A DNA stretch of 64,000 nt. It comes from an uncultured Gemmatimonadales bacterium. GTDB taxonomy: Bacteria; Gemmatimonadota; Gemmatimonadetes; Longimicrobiales; RSA9. The position numbers and the translations under genes were made by a program. The DNA is taken from the NCBI GenBank assembly GCA_963783305.1, contig CAWAMW010000002.1:544001-608000 (forward strand). Direction: 5' to 3'. This document shows positions 35,551 through 45,523 of the stretch, one piece after another. Every line of letters starts with the position of its first letter. The stretch's first letter is position 1. The notes beneath the pieces were generated by a model. That model made no database searches and had not been told where the DNA came from. It saw nothing but the letters and a program-made list of their open reading frames with translations.

Positions 35551-36819
35551 TCACCGCGCCAGGCGCGTCTTGATCCGATCCAGGAGCCCGCTGGCCGGCT
35601 CGGCGGCCTCGGGGTCCACCGACTTCGCCAGCTCCAGCCCCAGGGCCTTCACGTCGTGGCTGTAGGGCGAGCGGCTGCCGTTCAGGACGATGGGCACCCC
35701 CACGTTCACCGAGTGCACCACCGGGTCCTCGTCCCGCCGCAGCGTGAACGCCACGGGCAGGTCCAGCGCTTTCCGCACGTCCTCCGTACCGATCTCCCCC
35801 GCGCCCACGAACCGGTTCAGCAGGAGCCGGAGCTCCGGCTCGCCCTGCGTCTCCATGGCGCTCCGGATGTGGGGCAGGATCCTGCGTGCGTTGCGAAGCG
35901 AGGGCAGGTCGGCGCCGAGGATCAGGAACAGCTCGTCGGCCTGCTCGACCACGGCACGGCCCACAGGTGAGAGGGGACGGGCAAGATCGACGACGGTCAG
36001 CGGGTAGTGCTGGCGGAGTAGGCGGAACACCGTCCGCATCTGCTCCGGCTGGACCGCGTCGGCTCCCGCCACCTCCAGTGGAGAGGGCAGCACGTGGAGG
36101 CCTGAGCTGTGCTTCGTGATGAGAGACGCCAGCAGGCTCTCGTCCAGTCGGTGCAGGTTCTCGATGAGGTCCAGCACGCTGTAGCGGGCCGAGACACCCG
36201 TGAGGACGGCCGCGCTTCCGCCGTCCAGGTCCATGTCCAGGAGCAGCACCCTGCGAGCGGTGACCCGCGCGGCGTGACCGGCGGCATTCACCGCCGCCGT
36301 GCTCACACCTGTCCCGCCCTTCGCGCCGGTGAACACCACCACCCGGCCGGCGGGTGCGCTCACGGGCCCGCGCCCCAGCTTCTTCCCCGCCCGTCGCAGC
36401 GCCTCTGACAGCTCGCGGGCGCCCACCGGCGTCGGCAGGTACTCGGAGATGCCTGCCCGCATGGCCTCCATGAGCAGCCCCTGCGCCAGCTCCGGCCCGC
36501 AGCCCACGAAGATCCGGGAAGGCCGGGCATCGGAGAGGAGCCGAAGGAACCGGAGCGCCGAGGCGGGGTCCGTGCCGAAGTCCGCGATGACCAGCTCCGG
36601 GTCCTTCTCATGGAGCAGCTCCAGAGCCTCGTCGTCGAGCCGGCCCGCCGGAGAGGGCACGTCAGCGACCACCGTGACCAATGCCGGCAGGTCCCGCAGC
36701 GCGTCGGCCACCGCCTCCCGGAGGTCCCGGTTTGCCGAGATCACCGCGGTCCTCACCTTCGGATCCATCATCTGCTTCCCATCCATTCCGGTCACCTCGG
36801 TGCTTGCCCCCGTCCCCAC
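35551..36819 (-). CDS. cpaE: TadZ/CpaE (atypical receiver + MinD/ParA-like ATPase)
   Basis: [11 protein letters not shown] receiver remnant; deviant Walker [16 protein letters not shown]; start uncertain. Confidence 0.88.
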   Translation of the reverse strand: MGTGASTEVTGMDGKQMMDPKVRTAVISANRDLREAVADALRDLPALVTVVADVPSPAGRLDDEALELLHEKDPELVIADFGTDPASALRFLRLLSDARPSRIFVGCGPELAQGLLMEAMRAGISEYLPTPVGARELSEALRRAGKKLGRGPVSAPAGRVVVFTGAKGGTGVSTAAVNAAGHAARVTARRVLLLDMDLDGGSAAVLTGVSARYSVLDLIENLHRLDESLLASLITKHSSGLHVLPSPLEVAGADAVQPEQMRTVFRLLRQHYPLTVVDLARPLSPVGRAVVEQADELFLILGADLPSLRNARRILPHIRSAMETQGEPELRLLLNRFVGAGEIGTEDVRKALDLPVAFTLRRDEDPVVHSVNVGVPIVLNGSRSPYSHDVKALGLELAKSVDPEAAEPASGLLDRIKTRLAR

Positions 36820-36826
36820 ATCACCG

Positions 36827-38098
36827 CTACTCGACCAGACGGAGCAGCTTCTGAAGGGTCCCCGCGCCCGGCCCGGGCGTCCCCGCCCCGTACTTGATCA
36901 GCCTGCCGGAGATCGGCAGCTTGAAGTTCTGGTTGCCCTGGTCGCCGTAGATATCCGTGGGATTCTCCAGGAACAGGGTGGCAATGTCCGCCACCCGCAT
37001 GGTGTGGCTGCTCCCCGAGCTGATGTCCCCGGGGTGCACGAGAAGCACCTGGAAGACCCTGGGGCTGTCCCAGATCGAACGGTGGGGCTCCTCGGGATAG
37101 TGAGGGATGCCGTTCGCCTCATCCCACTCGATGTCCCCATCCCCACCCTGCTCCGGATCCCAGAGCTGCTTGATGGCCTCGTATACGGGATTCCCGATGC
37201 TCCCCGTCTGCGGATCGGCTTCGACGACCGATCCCACCCCCAGAGTCTGCAGGTCAATGCAGCCCGCAATGGCATCCGTCAGGTCACTGGCCCCGCTGCT
37301 CCCGGGCATCTTCCAGTACTGGTACCAGCCCGGCGTGCCCGTCCCCTGCGCGCTCTGCGGCGTGATGAGGATCCGAGCCCCGTTGTCCCTGTTCTCTCCG
37401 TCGGCCCACGTGCTGCCCCAGCTCGTGGCGACCGCGGGGTCGGGCCAGGCCGGCGTCGTCCCCATCTCGTTCAGGGGCCGATACTGATCCACCCCCTCCT
37501 CGAAGGTCCAGATTTCGTTCGGGGAGCAGCCGCTGCCGTTGCACGGGATCTCGATGTTGAAATCCATGAGCTGGTCCCCGTTGTAGTCCTGCACCGGATC
37601 GGTGGAGCCCTCTTCCCACCGGTCGGGAATGGCGAACGGCTTGACGCACCGGCTCGAGGCGGCCGCGGAAGCCTCCGCGGCTGCCACGGCGCCCACCGTC
37701 ATCTCGTTGATCCCGAGGATACCAGCGAAGAAGGTGGGCAGCTCATCCCGCGTCACCGTGACCCGAACGCGCTGCTGGGCGTTGAGGACCTCGATCAGGA
37801 CGTCATCATCGGCCAGTATCCGCCCCCGGACCGCGTTCAGCGCCTGATACTCCCGGACCCGACTTATCGCTTCAGGTCCGAGGAGGGGATCCAGCGGGTC
37901 GGAATAGTCGAGGTACGCGCTGGCGCCGGCCAGCGAGAGCGCGTCGGCATACCGCTGGGCCTCCGCCTTCGCCGCGTACGCCATCCCCAGGTCCACCGTA
38001 AGCGCGGCGAAGCCCAGGAAGACCACCATCCCGAGCGCCACCAGCACGAGGACGGCGCCCTCGCGGTCGCTACGGATACGGCGGCGGATCGTGCGCAT
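36827..38098 (-). CDS. tadG: TadG-like pilus protein
   Basis: REGAVLVLVAL..ALTVDLG..QRYADALSLAGA N-terminal Tad motif. Confidence 0.82.
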   Translation of the reverse strand: MRTIRRRIRSDREGAVLVLVALGMVVFLGFAALTVDLGMAYAAKAEAQRYADALSLAGASAYLDYSDPLDPLLGPEAISRVREYQALNAVRGRILADDDVLIEVLNAQQRVRVTVTRDELPTFFAGILGINEMTVGAVAAAEASAAASSRCVKPFAIPDRWEEGSTDPVQDYNGDQLMDFNIEIPCNGSGCSPNEIWTFEEGVDQYRPLNEMGTTPAWPDPAVATSWGSTWADGENRDNGARILITPQSAQGTGTPGWYQYWKMPGSSGASDLTDAIAGCIDLQTLGVGSVVEADPQTGSIGNPVYEAIKQLWDPEQGGDGDIEWDEANGIPHYPEEPHRSIWDSPRVFQVLLVHPGDISSGSSHTMRVADIATLFLENPTDIYGDQGNQNFKLPISGRLIKYGAGTPGPGAGTLQKLLRLVE

Positions 38099-38102
38099 GG
38101 GC

Positions 38103-39509
38103 CTATCTCCCTCCCCCGGTCGGGGGCTCGACGATGCGGCGCCCGAGGGGCGGCCGCAGCATGGTGTCGTTCAGAACGTCCGGCCGCGGCCACGTTTCCG
38201 GCTCCCCGGTCGGGATCGCCGGCGCGCCGTCGGTCGGCTCGACGAGGTAGGGCGTGACCACCACCAGCAGCTCGGTCTGGCGGTCGGTCTGCTGCGTGTT
38301 GCTGAAGAAGGTCCCGATGATGGGCAGCTGCCCCAGCAGCGGGATCTGGTCCTTGCTGTAGTCCTGCTGGTTGTCCAGCAGCCCGGCGATGGCCAGGTGC
38401 TCCCCGGGCTTCAGCTCCACCTGCGTGGATGCCCGGCGAGTCAGGACCAACGGGATCCGGAACCCGGCGAACTCCAGACCGTTGCCGAAGTCCAGCGAGC
38501 TCACCTCGGGCGCCACGAGCAGCCGGATGCTGCCGTCGTTGGTGACGTGGGGCACGAAGTTCAGCTTGATCCCGAACTCCTTCCACGCGATGGTCACCTG
38601 ATTGCTCTGCCCGCCCTGGACGGTGGGGAAGGGGAACTCGCCACCGGCCAGGAAGCTGGCTTCCTCGCCTTCCATGGCCATGAGGTTCGGCTCGGCCAGG
38701 CTCTTGAAGTGGCCCCTGGAGCGGAGCGCGGTGAAGACCGCGTCGAGGGATGCGCCGTTGTCGCCCAGGAGGAAGAGCCGGACCAGACCGGAGGAGAGCG
38801 TCTCGATGTCCAGCGTGCCGATCTCCTCGACGTCCTGGTAGTCCTGGGGGTTGTGGAGGAACAGGTCGGACCCCAGCTCCTTCATCGCCGTACGGTTCAC
38901 CTCGGCGAAGCGCACGTGCAGCAGGATCTGGTGCGCCGACGGCGCGTTCATGTTGTTGATGACCGTGGCGCCCGTGGTCTGGACGATCTCCAGGATCCGG
39001 CGGGCCGTGGTGGCGTCCCGGATCGTTCCGCTCACCACAACCGACTCACCGGTGGCGGAGATGCGCACGTCCGCGGCCGGGAAGAGCGTCCGGATCTCCC
39101 GTTCCATCGCCGCGATATCCGGCGTCACTTCGATGGTGAAGAGGGACACCCGCTGCGCCTGGTCCCAGACGAAGAGGCTGGTGGTGCCGACGGTGAGCCC
39201 GTTCACCACGATCTCACGGGGCGAGATCACCACCGCGTCCGCCACCTCCGGATCCCCGAGGGACACCCGCTCGGCCGGCGCCCGCATGGTGATGAGCGCG
39301 GACGTGCCGCGTCCCACCGTCACCGTTCGCTCCGGCTGCGTCAGGACCTGCTGGGCGGTAGCGGACGCCGGCGCCAGCACCAGCAGGGCGCCCAGCAGCG
39401 TCGCCGCGCCCGCCATCCACGTCTTTACCATTCGAAGCCTCGTCGGTTTGGTTGAGCCTGGACCCGCGGGTCCCGGCGGCGTTCTCTCGCCCTGCCGTGA
39501 GTCGTTCAT
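38103..39509 (-). CDS. cpaC: Tad secretin RcpA/CpaC
   Basis: LAEPNL, SFLAGGEFP, KEFGIKL, IPLLGQLPIIG, ELLVVVTP; start uncertain. Confidence 0.92.
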   Translation of the reverse strand: MNDSRQGERTPPGPAGPGSTKPTRLRMVKTWMAGAATLLGALLVLAPASATAQQVLTQPERTVTVGRGTSALITMRAPAERVSLGDPEVADAVVISPREIVVNGLTVGTTSLFVWDQAQRVSLFTIEVTPDIAAMEREIRTLFPAADVRISATGESVVVSGTIRDATTARRILEIVQTTGATVINNMNAPSAHQILLHVRFAEVNRTAMKELGSDLFLHNPQDYQDVEEIGTLDIETLSSGLVRLFLLGDNGASLDAVFTALRSRGHFKSLAEPNLMAMEGEEASFLAGGEFPFPTVQGGQSNQVTIAWKEFGIKLNFVPHVTNDGSIRLLVAPEVSSLDFGNGLEFAGFRIPLVLTRRASTQVELKPGEHLAIAGLLDNQQDYSKDQIPLLGQLPIIGTFFSNTQQTDRQTELLVVVTPYLVEPTDGAPAIPTGEPETWPRPDVLNDTMLRPPLGRRIVEPPTGGGR

Positions 39510-40324
39510 CAGAAGCGCTGGATCGAGCGCGTGCCGCCGCGATAGACTTCCACCACGCCGGACGGCCGGGCGGCGGTCGCGGACGCCCGCGCCGGCGCCG
39601 CTCCGCTCCGGCGGGCGGTCCCCGCCCCCAGCAGCCCAGCCGTGCGCGCGCCCGGAGTATCCACCTCCTCCATGTCGAGCATGTTGCGGAGCGACAGCTG
39701 CACCCGCCCCCGCCGCGTGGCCAGCGAGAGCCGCTCGGCCTGCGCCGGGTCCAGCAGCAGCGTCACCACGTTCTCCAGGATCGGCTCACCCTCGTCCGTC
39801 CGCTGCGATACCTGCCCGGCCGTGAGAACGGTGATGTTCTGCAGGATCGTCTTCGTCACCGGGTCGGACCGGTCCTGCTCGAGCGTCAGGAGCACGTCCA
39901 CTCGCGTGCCCGGGATCACGAACCCCGCCACCCCCACTACCTGGTCCACCGAGATGCTCATGGCCCGCTTCCCTTCCGGGATCACGATGGGCAGCCCACC
40001 GCCCGACCCCGGCTCCGCCAGCCGCGTGGCCAGGAACGGCTCGTTCGTCCTCATGTCCCGGATCAACCCCCGGCCGATCACGTCCTCCGGATGGTTGAAG
40101 TAGCCGGCGGGCACGTCGCCGCCCGGCCACTCGATCAGCCGCACGTCCTCCACGCTCACCAGCGCGCCCACCGGCAGGTCCCGGGCGGCGACCGCCAGGA
40201 GGATCTTCCGGGTGGGCGCGGCCTCCGACACCGGCCGCGACGCGGCCAGTCGCAGAGTGGTGAAGCCCGCGGCTCCCGCCACGACCAGCGCGAGCACCAG
40301 GACGAAAAGTCGGTTTCTACGCAT
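39509..40324 (-). CDS. cpaB: Flp pilus assembly protein CpaB/RcpC
   Basis: SAF domain AARDLPVG; IPEGKRAMSI, GVAGFVIPGTRVDV, LSLRN. Confidence 0.93.
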   Translation of the reverse strand: MRRNRLFVLVLALVVAGAAGFTTLRLAASRPVSEAAPTRKILLAVAARDLPVGALVSVEDVRLIEWPGGDVPAGYFNHPEDVIGRGLIRDMRTNEPFLATRLAEPGSGGGLPIVIPEGKRAMSISVDQVVGVAGFVIPGTRVDVLLTLEQDRSDPVTKTILQNITVLTAGQVSQRTDEGEPILENVVTLLLDPAQAERLSLATRRGRVQLSLRNMLDMEEVDTPGARTAGLLGAGTARRSGAAPARASATAARPSGVVEVYRGGTRSIQRF

Positions 40325-40348
40325 CGGTCATACAGCTCCCGGCCAAGC

Positions 40349-40795
40349 TCACTCGGCCCGCATGGTGTAGGTGCTCACCAGATTGATCTCTTCCATCCCT
40401 GCGGCCCAACCGAGCAGCGGACCGATGAAGAGGAAGTCGAACGTGTGGTCGAGCGTCACAGTCACAGGAGTCCCGCGGACCGGCTCGGTCATCGGCGAGA
40501 ACGCGATGGTCGTGGCTGTGGTGTCCACGCTTGCGGCCCACAAACGCTCCTGGATCACAAGGGTGGCTTCGGCGACGCCAATGTCCGGGTCGTGCACCAC
40601 CACCATCCGCAGCCCCTCCCGGGCCGCATCGGCCACGGCGTGGCTGGCCGACCACGCCCGGGCGAAATCGATCAGCCCGAAGACAATGATCAGCAGGAGC
40701 GGCAGGACCAGCGCGAATTCGACCAGCGACTGGCCGGAACGGCGGCCCGCGCCCGCCCGCAGTGGAAGCTCGCGCAGCCTGCCATGCCGGATCAT
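40349..40795 (-). CDS. tadE: TadE pseudopilin
   Basis: GQSLVEFALVLP, AAREG; ATG 40795 in ATGA overlap. Confidence 0.9.
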   Translation of the reverse strand: MIRHGRLRELPLRAGAGRRSGQSLVEFALVLPLLLIIVFGLIDFARAWSASHAVADAAREGLRMVVVHDPDIGVAEATLVIQERLWAASVDTTATTIAFSPMTEPVRGTPVTVTLDHTFDFLFIGPLLGWAAGMEEINLVSTYTMRAE

Positions 40796-41334
40796 GAGAG
40801 TATCCACTCCGCCCACGGCGTGAACTGCGTGGCGAGGGCACCAACGGCGATGGCCACGCCGTACGGCACCGTGATGCGTTCCGAGTCGCCCAGAGCTGCG
40901 CGATGGCCCTTTCGGCCCAGGGTGACCCCGTACTTCAGGAGCCCGCCCGTCATCACGGCGGCCTCCATGGACTGCCGCCGCCACAGGACCACCGTTATCG
41001 CCAGTACACCGCCGCCCACGGCCGCCGCGAGCAGGTAGGGCACCAGCTGCTCCAGCCCCACGAACGCACCGCCCACCATCAGGAACTTGGCGTCGCCGCC
41101 CCCGAACGCGCCGATGGCGAAACCGCCGAAGCCCAGAACGAACGCCGCACCTGCGGCGGCCAGCGACGCCAGGAGACCGCTCGCGCCTCCCGCCGCGAAG
41201 GCCGCGGACGCCGCCAGCACGAGCCCCGCCAGCACCAGCCGGTTCGGGATCCGGTTGCTCCACGCGTCGGTCGCCGCGCCCGCCAGCAGCAGCGCCGCGG
41301 CCGAGGCGGTCAGGACGAGAACGAGAACGGTCAT
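40792..41334 (-). CDS. cpaA: Prepilin peptidase TadV/CpaA (A24)
   Basis: TD..RIPN, GGGDAKF, VPYGVAI. Confidence 0.92.
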   Translation of the reverse strand: MTVLVLVLTASAAALLLAGAATDAWSNRIPNRLVLAGLVLAASAAFAAGGASGLLASLAAAGAAFVLGFGGFAIGAFGGGDAKFLMVGGAFVGLEQLVPYLLAAAVGGGVLAITVVLWRRQSMEAAVMTGGLLKYGVTLGRKGHRAALGDSERITVPYGVAIAVGALATQFTPWAEWILS

Positions 41335-41342
41335 CTTCTTCC

Positions 41343-41514
41343 TCAGAAAGGCAGTCTCGCCACGATGTCCTGGTACACAGCCAGGAGGGCGTTGCCGAAC
41401 CCGCCCAGCGCCGCAACCAACGCCACGGCCATGAACGCCAGGATCACGGCGTATTCGGTGAGCCCCTGCCCTCGCTCATCCCGATACCAGTGTGGGATTA
41501 GGTTCTATGACCAC
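41343..41514 (-). pseudogene. flp: Second Flp pilin gene lacking an in-frame start (not in ORF track)
   Basis: 41504-41343 translates NLIPHWYRDERGQGLTEYAVILAFMAVALVAALGGFGNALLAVYQDIVARLPF*; preceded in frame by TAG within GTGGTCATAGAAC. Confidence 0.75.
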
Positions 41515-41544
41515 GTCCGCTCCCGTTGGGGTGGCGGCGAAGAG

Positions 41545-41599
41545 GACGGTTCAGCCCGGCCACCCTTCCACACTGCGGGGGCGACCGGGGTGAACCGTC
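41545..41599 (-). terminator. Long stem-loop directly downstream of the major flp gene (terminator or mRNA stabiliser)
   Basis: GACGGTTCA/TGAACCGTC perfect 9-bp base extended by CCCGG/CCGGG; no U-tract. Confidence 0.55.
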
Positions 41600-41605
41600 A
41601 CGCCA

Positions 41606-41785
41606 TCACGGGGTTGGGGCGTTGCCGAGTTCGGTCGTTGCGTTGGCGAAGGCGGTGGTGATGCCACCCTTGAGCGCTGTAAGGGCAACAACGAGTGCCA
41701 CGCTCACCAGCACGATGATCAGCGCGTACTCCACCAGCCCCTGGCCGGACTCGTCGTTCATGAACTGCTGGAAAAGCTCCTGCAT
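41606..41785 (-). CDS. flp: Flp family major pilin
   Basis: MQELFQQFMNDESG/QGLVEYALII; ATG after GGGAGG. Confidence 0.93.
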   Translation of the reverse strand: MQELFQQFMNDESGQGLVEYALIIVLVSVALVVALTALKGGITTAFANATTELGNAPTP

Positions 41786-41953
41786 GGTTCCTCCCTGTCC
41801 CTGAGGGGACGTGAGTTGAGTTGGATCGTCCGGCGCGCCGGACTGAACGGAGACCATCCGTGCGGGGCCGATCGACCCCGACGAGGCAGGATTCTCTGCC
41901 CCTGGCTCACCTACCGTCGACTGCCCGATGGGTGGTACGCCGACCGTCCATCA

Positions 41954-41969
41954 TTCAACCCCCGTGCCC
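41954..41969 (-). promoter_or_regulatory. Putative sigma-54 promoter of the flp-tad operon
   Basis: Minus strand GGGCACGGGGGTTGAA (GG-N10-GA; -12 element deviates from TTGC). Confidence 0.5.
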
Positions 41970-42044
41970 CAGGGTGCCACTGACACAAATCGTTGTGGCA
42001 CAATGGAATACGGCATATCTATGGCAGCAGGGAGGGGGTGTGGG

Positions 42045-42061
42045 TGTCGCACGGTGGGACA
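42045..42061. promoter_or_regulatory. Putative enhancer-binding-protein UAS
   Basis: Near-palindrome TGTCGCACGGTGGGACA (TGT-N11-ACA) 76-92 bp upstream of the putative -24 element. Confidence 0.5.
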
Positions 42062-42090
42062 GCCGCTGTTCCGCGGCAAACCGGCGGGGC

Positions 42091-43470
42091 TCAGCCGGCG
42101 GGGTCGACCAGGAGCTCGTGCTTCTCGATGATGCGGTCGAGGCGGCCGCGGCTGATGCCGAGGATCTCGGCGGTCCTGGACTTGTGGCCACCGGTCTCCA
42201 CGAGGATGTGCTGGACGTGGGCGCTCTCGGCGGCGTGCATCACGGCGTCGAGCTCTGTGCCGGCGTCGCTGTGGTCGCCGGGATGTTCTCCGTCGTGGAG
42301 TCGCTCGCCGGTGCCGAGCTCGAGGTGCTCGGGTCCGAGGGTGTCATCGGCGGCGAGGAGTACGGCGCGGGTGAGGGCGTTCTCGAGCTCCCGCACGTTG
42401 CCGGGCCAGTCGTACATCATCAGGCGCTTGAGGGCCTTGAGGGAGATGCGGGGCGGCCTGCGCTCCGCCACGGCGGCCGCGCGTGCGACGAGCTGCCGGG
42501 TGAGGAGGGGGATATCATCGCGCCGCTCGCGGAGGGGCGGGAGCACGATCTCGACGACGCGGAGCCGGAAATACAGGTCCTCTCGAAAGTGGCCCTGCCG
42601 GAGCAGGCGCTCGATGGGCTGGTGAGTGGCTGCCAGGACACGGGCCTCGGAGCGCCGGGGCTCCTCGCAGCCAACGGGATAGAACTCCTTCTCCTGGAGC
42701 ACGCGAAGCAGCTTGACCTGGAACGCCGGGCTGGTGTCGCCGATCTCGTCCAGGAAGATGGTGCCGGTCCCGGCCAGCTCGAAGCGACCCCTCCGGTCGT
42801 TCTGGGCGCCGGTGAACGCGCCTCTGACGTGACCGAACAGCTCCGACTCCAGGAGCGTTTCGGGGAGGGAGGCGCAGTTCACGGAGACGAAGGGCTGGGC
42901 GGCGCGGCGAGAGTTGTGGTGGATGGTGCGGGCGATCAGCTCCTTGCCCGTGCCCGTCTCGCCGCGGATGAGGATGGGCGCGCTGGACGCGGCGACGCGC
43001 CCGATGATCTTGAACACCTCGATCATCTTGCGGTTGTGCCCCACGAGCCCGTCGGGCGGCAGGATCTCCGGCTCCAGTGCGTCGGTGCTCTCGTTCGCCG
43101 TGCGCTTGTGGGCCTCCAGGCCGGAGCGGATGATCTCCTCGAGGCGGTCGAGGTCGAGGGGCTTCACCATGTAGTCGTAGGCGCCATCCTTCATGGCGTC
43201 GATGGCCGTCTGCATCTCATCGTAGGCGGTCATGAGGACCACCGTCGTATCGGGCGCGTCGGCGTGGAGCTTCCGAAGGAGCTCGAGGCCGTTCATCCCG
43301 GGCATGCGCAGGTCGCTCAGCACCAGGTCGGGCTGGAACCGGTGGAACGCGGCCAGGGCCCCCTCCCCGGACTCGCAGGCTTCCACCACGTAGCCGGAGC
43401 GGCTCAGGTGGCGGCGGAGGATCTCCAGGTGAGAGGGGTCGTCTTCGGCGATGAGTATGCGCGAGGGCAT
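42091..43470 (-). CDS. Sigma-54-dependent response regulator (NtrC/AtoC/PilR family)
   Basis: [50 protein letters not shown]-terminal Fis-type HTH. Confidence 0.95.
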   Translation of the reverse strand: MPSRILIAEDDPSHLEILRRHLSRSGYVVEACESGEGALAAFHRFQPDLVLSDLRMPGMNGLELLRKLHADAPDTTVVLMTAYDEMQTAIDAMKDGAYDYMVKPLDLDRLEEIIRSGLEAHKRTANESTDALEPEILPPDGLVGHNRKMIEVFKIIGRVAASSAPILIRGETGTGKELIARTIHHNSRRAAQPFVSVNCASLPETLLESELFGHVRGAFTGAQNDRRGRFELAGTGTIFLDEIGDTSPAFQVKLLRVLQEKEFYPVGCEEPRRSEARVLAATHQPIERLLRQGHFREDLYFRLRVVEIVLPPLRERRDDIPLLTRQLVARAAAVAERRPPRISLKALKRLMMYDWPGNVRELENALTRAVLLAADDTLGPEHLELGTGERLHDGEHPGDHSDAGTELDAVMHAAESAHVQHILVETGGHKSRTAEILGISRGRLDRIIEKHELLVDPAG

Positions 43471-43487
43471 TTCTTTAGGATCCCGGT

Positions 43488-45224
43488 TCAGTTCGGGAGC
43501 GCCGGCTCGAGGGCCGCCTCCTCGGGCGTGGTCGTCTCTGCCGGGTCGGACCCCGCCAGCTTGAGCCGGACCACGAAGACCGCGCCGCTCCCGGCGGCCA
43601 CGGGCTCGTACGTGATGGTCCCGCCCCATGGCTGCACGGTGCGCAGGGCCGTGGGCAGCCCGATCCCGTTGCCGCGCACCTTGGTGGTGAAGAAGGGCTC
43701 GAAGATGGAGTCGAGGATGTCCGGGGGCACGCCGGGTCCGTTGTCGGCGATCCGGACATGGAGCTCACCGCGGGCGGAGGGCGCCGTCCAGGTGGAGACG
43801 CGGATGCGTGCGTCGGGCACGTCCTTCAGGGCATCGAGGGCGTTCACCAGCAGGTTGACCCACACGCCCCGCAGCCCCTCCGCCTCGCCCCGCACCTGGT
43901 CGTCATCGGCCCGGGGCACGTACTCCAGCTCCACGCCCTGTGCCCGGATCTTCGGCTGGAGCACCTCCAGCGTGTCCGCCAGCCCTTCATGCACCGCGCA
44001 GATGCGCTCGCCGCCCTGCCCCTGCTGTCGCCCCATCTCCAGCACTGTCCGCATCACGCCGTCGAGCCGGTTCACCTCGTTCAGCGCGATCTCGATCACA
44101 CGGTCGGCGTCATCGGGGATGAAGCCGCTCCGCAGGTCACGGTGGAGGCTCTGCAGGCTCAGGCGGATGGAGCTCAGCGGGTTCCGGATCTCGTGCGACA
44201 GGTACGCAGCCAGTTCACCCACGGCCGCCAGCTTCTGACTCAGCTCCACCTGCCGGAGCGACTCCGAGAGCCGGTCGATCATGTTCCGGAACGCCAGCGT
44301 CAGGTGCCCTACCTCGTCGTCCCCGGGCGGTGGCAGCCACGGCGCCAGGTTGCCCACCCGGATCTCGTCCGCGGCCTCCGTCAGGGCGCCGAGGGATCGG
44401 AACTCCCGCCCGGCGAAGAGGAGGAACCCCAGTCCGGTGAGGAAGAGGAGGGCGATGGTAGCCATCAGGTAGCGGAGGCGGGTGGCCCGGAACGGCGCCA
44501 GGAACTCATCCTCGCTCGTATAGACCACCACGCCCACCTCCGGCCCGCTGGCGAACGCGACCGCCGCGTTCCAGGTGTGGCCGTCCACCGCTTGTGAGAG
44601 CGAGCGGGTGACGGACTGGCTGGATTCGCCGATCCGCCGCACCGCCTTTGCAATGGCGGCGGACGGCTGCTCCGACAGCCGATCGCAGCGGGAGTCGTAG
44701 ACGACCGATCCGCTGGACGGGCTCACCAGCTGGGTGTGGCTCTCGATCGCCGGCTTGGGACCCCCCGCCGCCGCCAGGAGCCGGTGGGCGGCGATCCGGC
44801 CCTCCAGCTCCAGCGCGCCCGGACCCGGGATACTGACCCGGACGGGCGTCAGCCCGGCTCCGCTCGAGCACGAGCTGTCGGCGGTCGACGGCAGCGGCAG
44901 CGCCCAGCTGAGCGCACCGCCCTGCAACAGCCGCAGCTCCTCGAACAGCCCCGGTTCTTCGGGGATCACCGACCGCGCGGCGGCGGCTGAGGAGAACGCG
45001 CCGTCCCGGGTGAGACGCTCCCCGATCCGGCTCAGCTCCGCCCGCGCCGCGTCGTAGCCGCGCTCCATCTCTCGCGCCGCCTGCCCCGCCAGCGCAGTGC
45101 CCCGCGCGTCCACCGCAACGCGCAGTGCCTGCATCGACTGCAGGTAGTCCCCCGCGCCGAGGACCGCCACCGGAAGGATGGCGAAAACGAGGAACAGGAC
45201 CAGGATACGGCGACGAAGCGACAC
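43488..45224 (-). CDS. Sensor histidine kinase (periplasmic sensor, HAMP)
   Basis: Two TM helices, DEVGHL HAMP, HEIRNPL, NALDA, DNGPG, FEPFFTTK, GIGL. Confidence 0.95.
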   Translation of the reverse strand: MSLRRRILVLFLVFAILPVAVLGAGDYLQSMQALRVAVDARGTALAGQAAREMERGYDAARAELSRIGERLTRDGAFSSAAAARSVIPEEPGLFEELRLLQGGALSWALPLPSTADSSCSSGAGLTPVRVSIPGPGALELEGRIAAHRLLAAAGGPKPAIESHTQLVSPSSGSVVYDSRCDRLSEQPSAAIAKAVRRIGESSQSVTRSLSQAVDGHTWNAAVAFASGPEVGVVVYTSEDEFLAPFRATRLRYLMATIALLFLTGLGFLLFAGREFRSLGALTEAADEIRVGNLAPWLPPPGDDEVGHLTLAFRNMIDRLSESLRQVELSQKLAAVGELAAYLSHEIRNPLSSIRLSLQSLHRDLRSGFIPDDADRVIEIALNEVNRLDGVMRTVLEMGRQQGQGGERICAVHEGLADTLEVLQPKIRAQGVELEYVPRADDDQVRGEAEGLRGVWVNLLVNALDALKDVPDARIRVSTWTAPSARGELHVRIADNGPGVPPDILDSIFEPFFTTKVRGNGIGLPTALRTVQPWGGTITYEPVAAGSGAVFVVRLKLAGSDPAETTTPEEAALEPALPN

Positions 45225-45488
45225 GTTTCCCCTTGGTCTTATGAGAGCCCGGACCGGACACGGGTGTGCTGCTCTGCTGCAGGAGAGCAGCGAGAATGGA
45301 TCTGTGGAGATCCGGTCGTGGCCGGTACTCTCATCGGTTTGCGCCGGGCATCGCGGCGAACACGTGCGTTCGCCGGCTAAGCCCGGAGCTTCAATGAAGC
45401 GAGTGGACGACGCGCGGTCAAGCTGCCTCCAACTCGGGGAGTATCGACTGCGCGCGACTCATCGATCCCGGCCCCTCCCCCACCACTG

Positions 45489-45517
45489 TTGACGCCGGCC
45501 CTGACAAGCATTAGCAA
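45489..45517 (+). promoter_or_regulatory. Sigma-70-type promoter, probably leaderless transcript
   Basis: TTGACG-N17-TAGCAA followed after 6 nt by ATG 45524. Confidence 0.5.
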
Positions 45518-45523
45518 GTACCC

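Noticed and set aside
41821..44238. 805-aa plus-strand ORF and other long antisense ORFs (e.g. 52555-55410, 16224-18254, 36299-38257)
   Set aside because: Shadow frames of well-supported opposite-strand genes, expected at this GC content
45320..45350. c-di-GMP-I riboswitch (minus-strand GCAAACC)
   Set aside because: The second conserved element GACGCAAAGC and the P2 arrangement are absent
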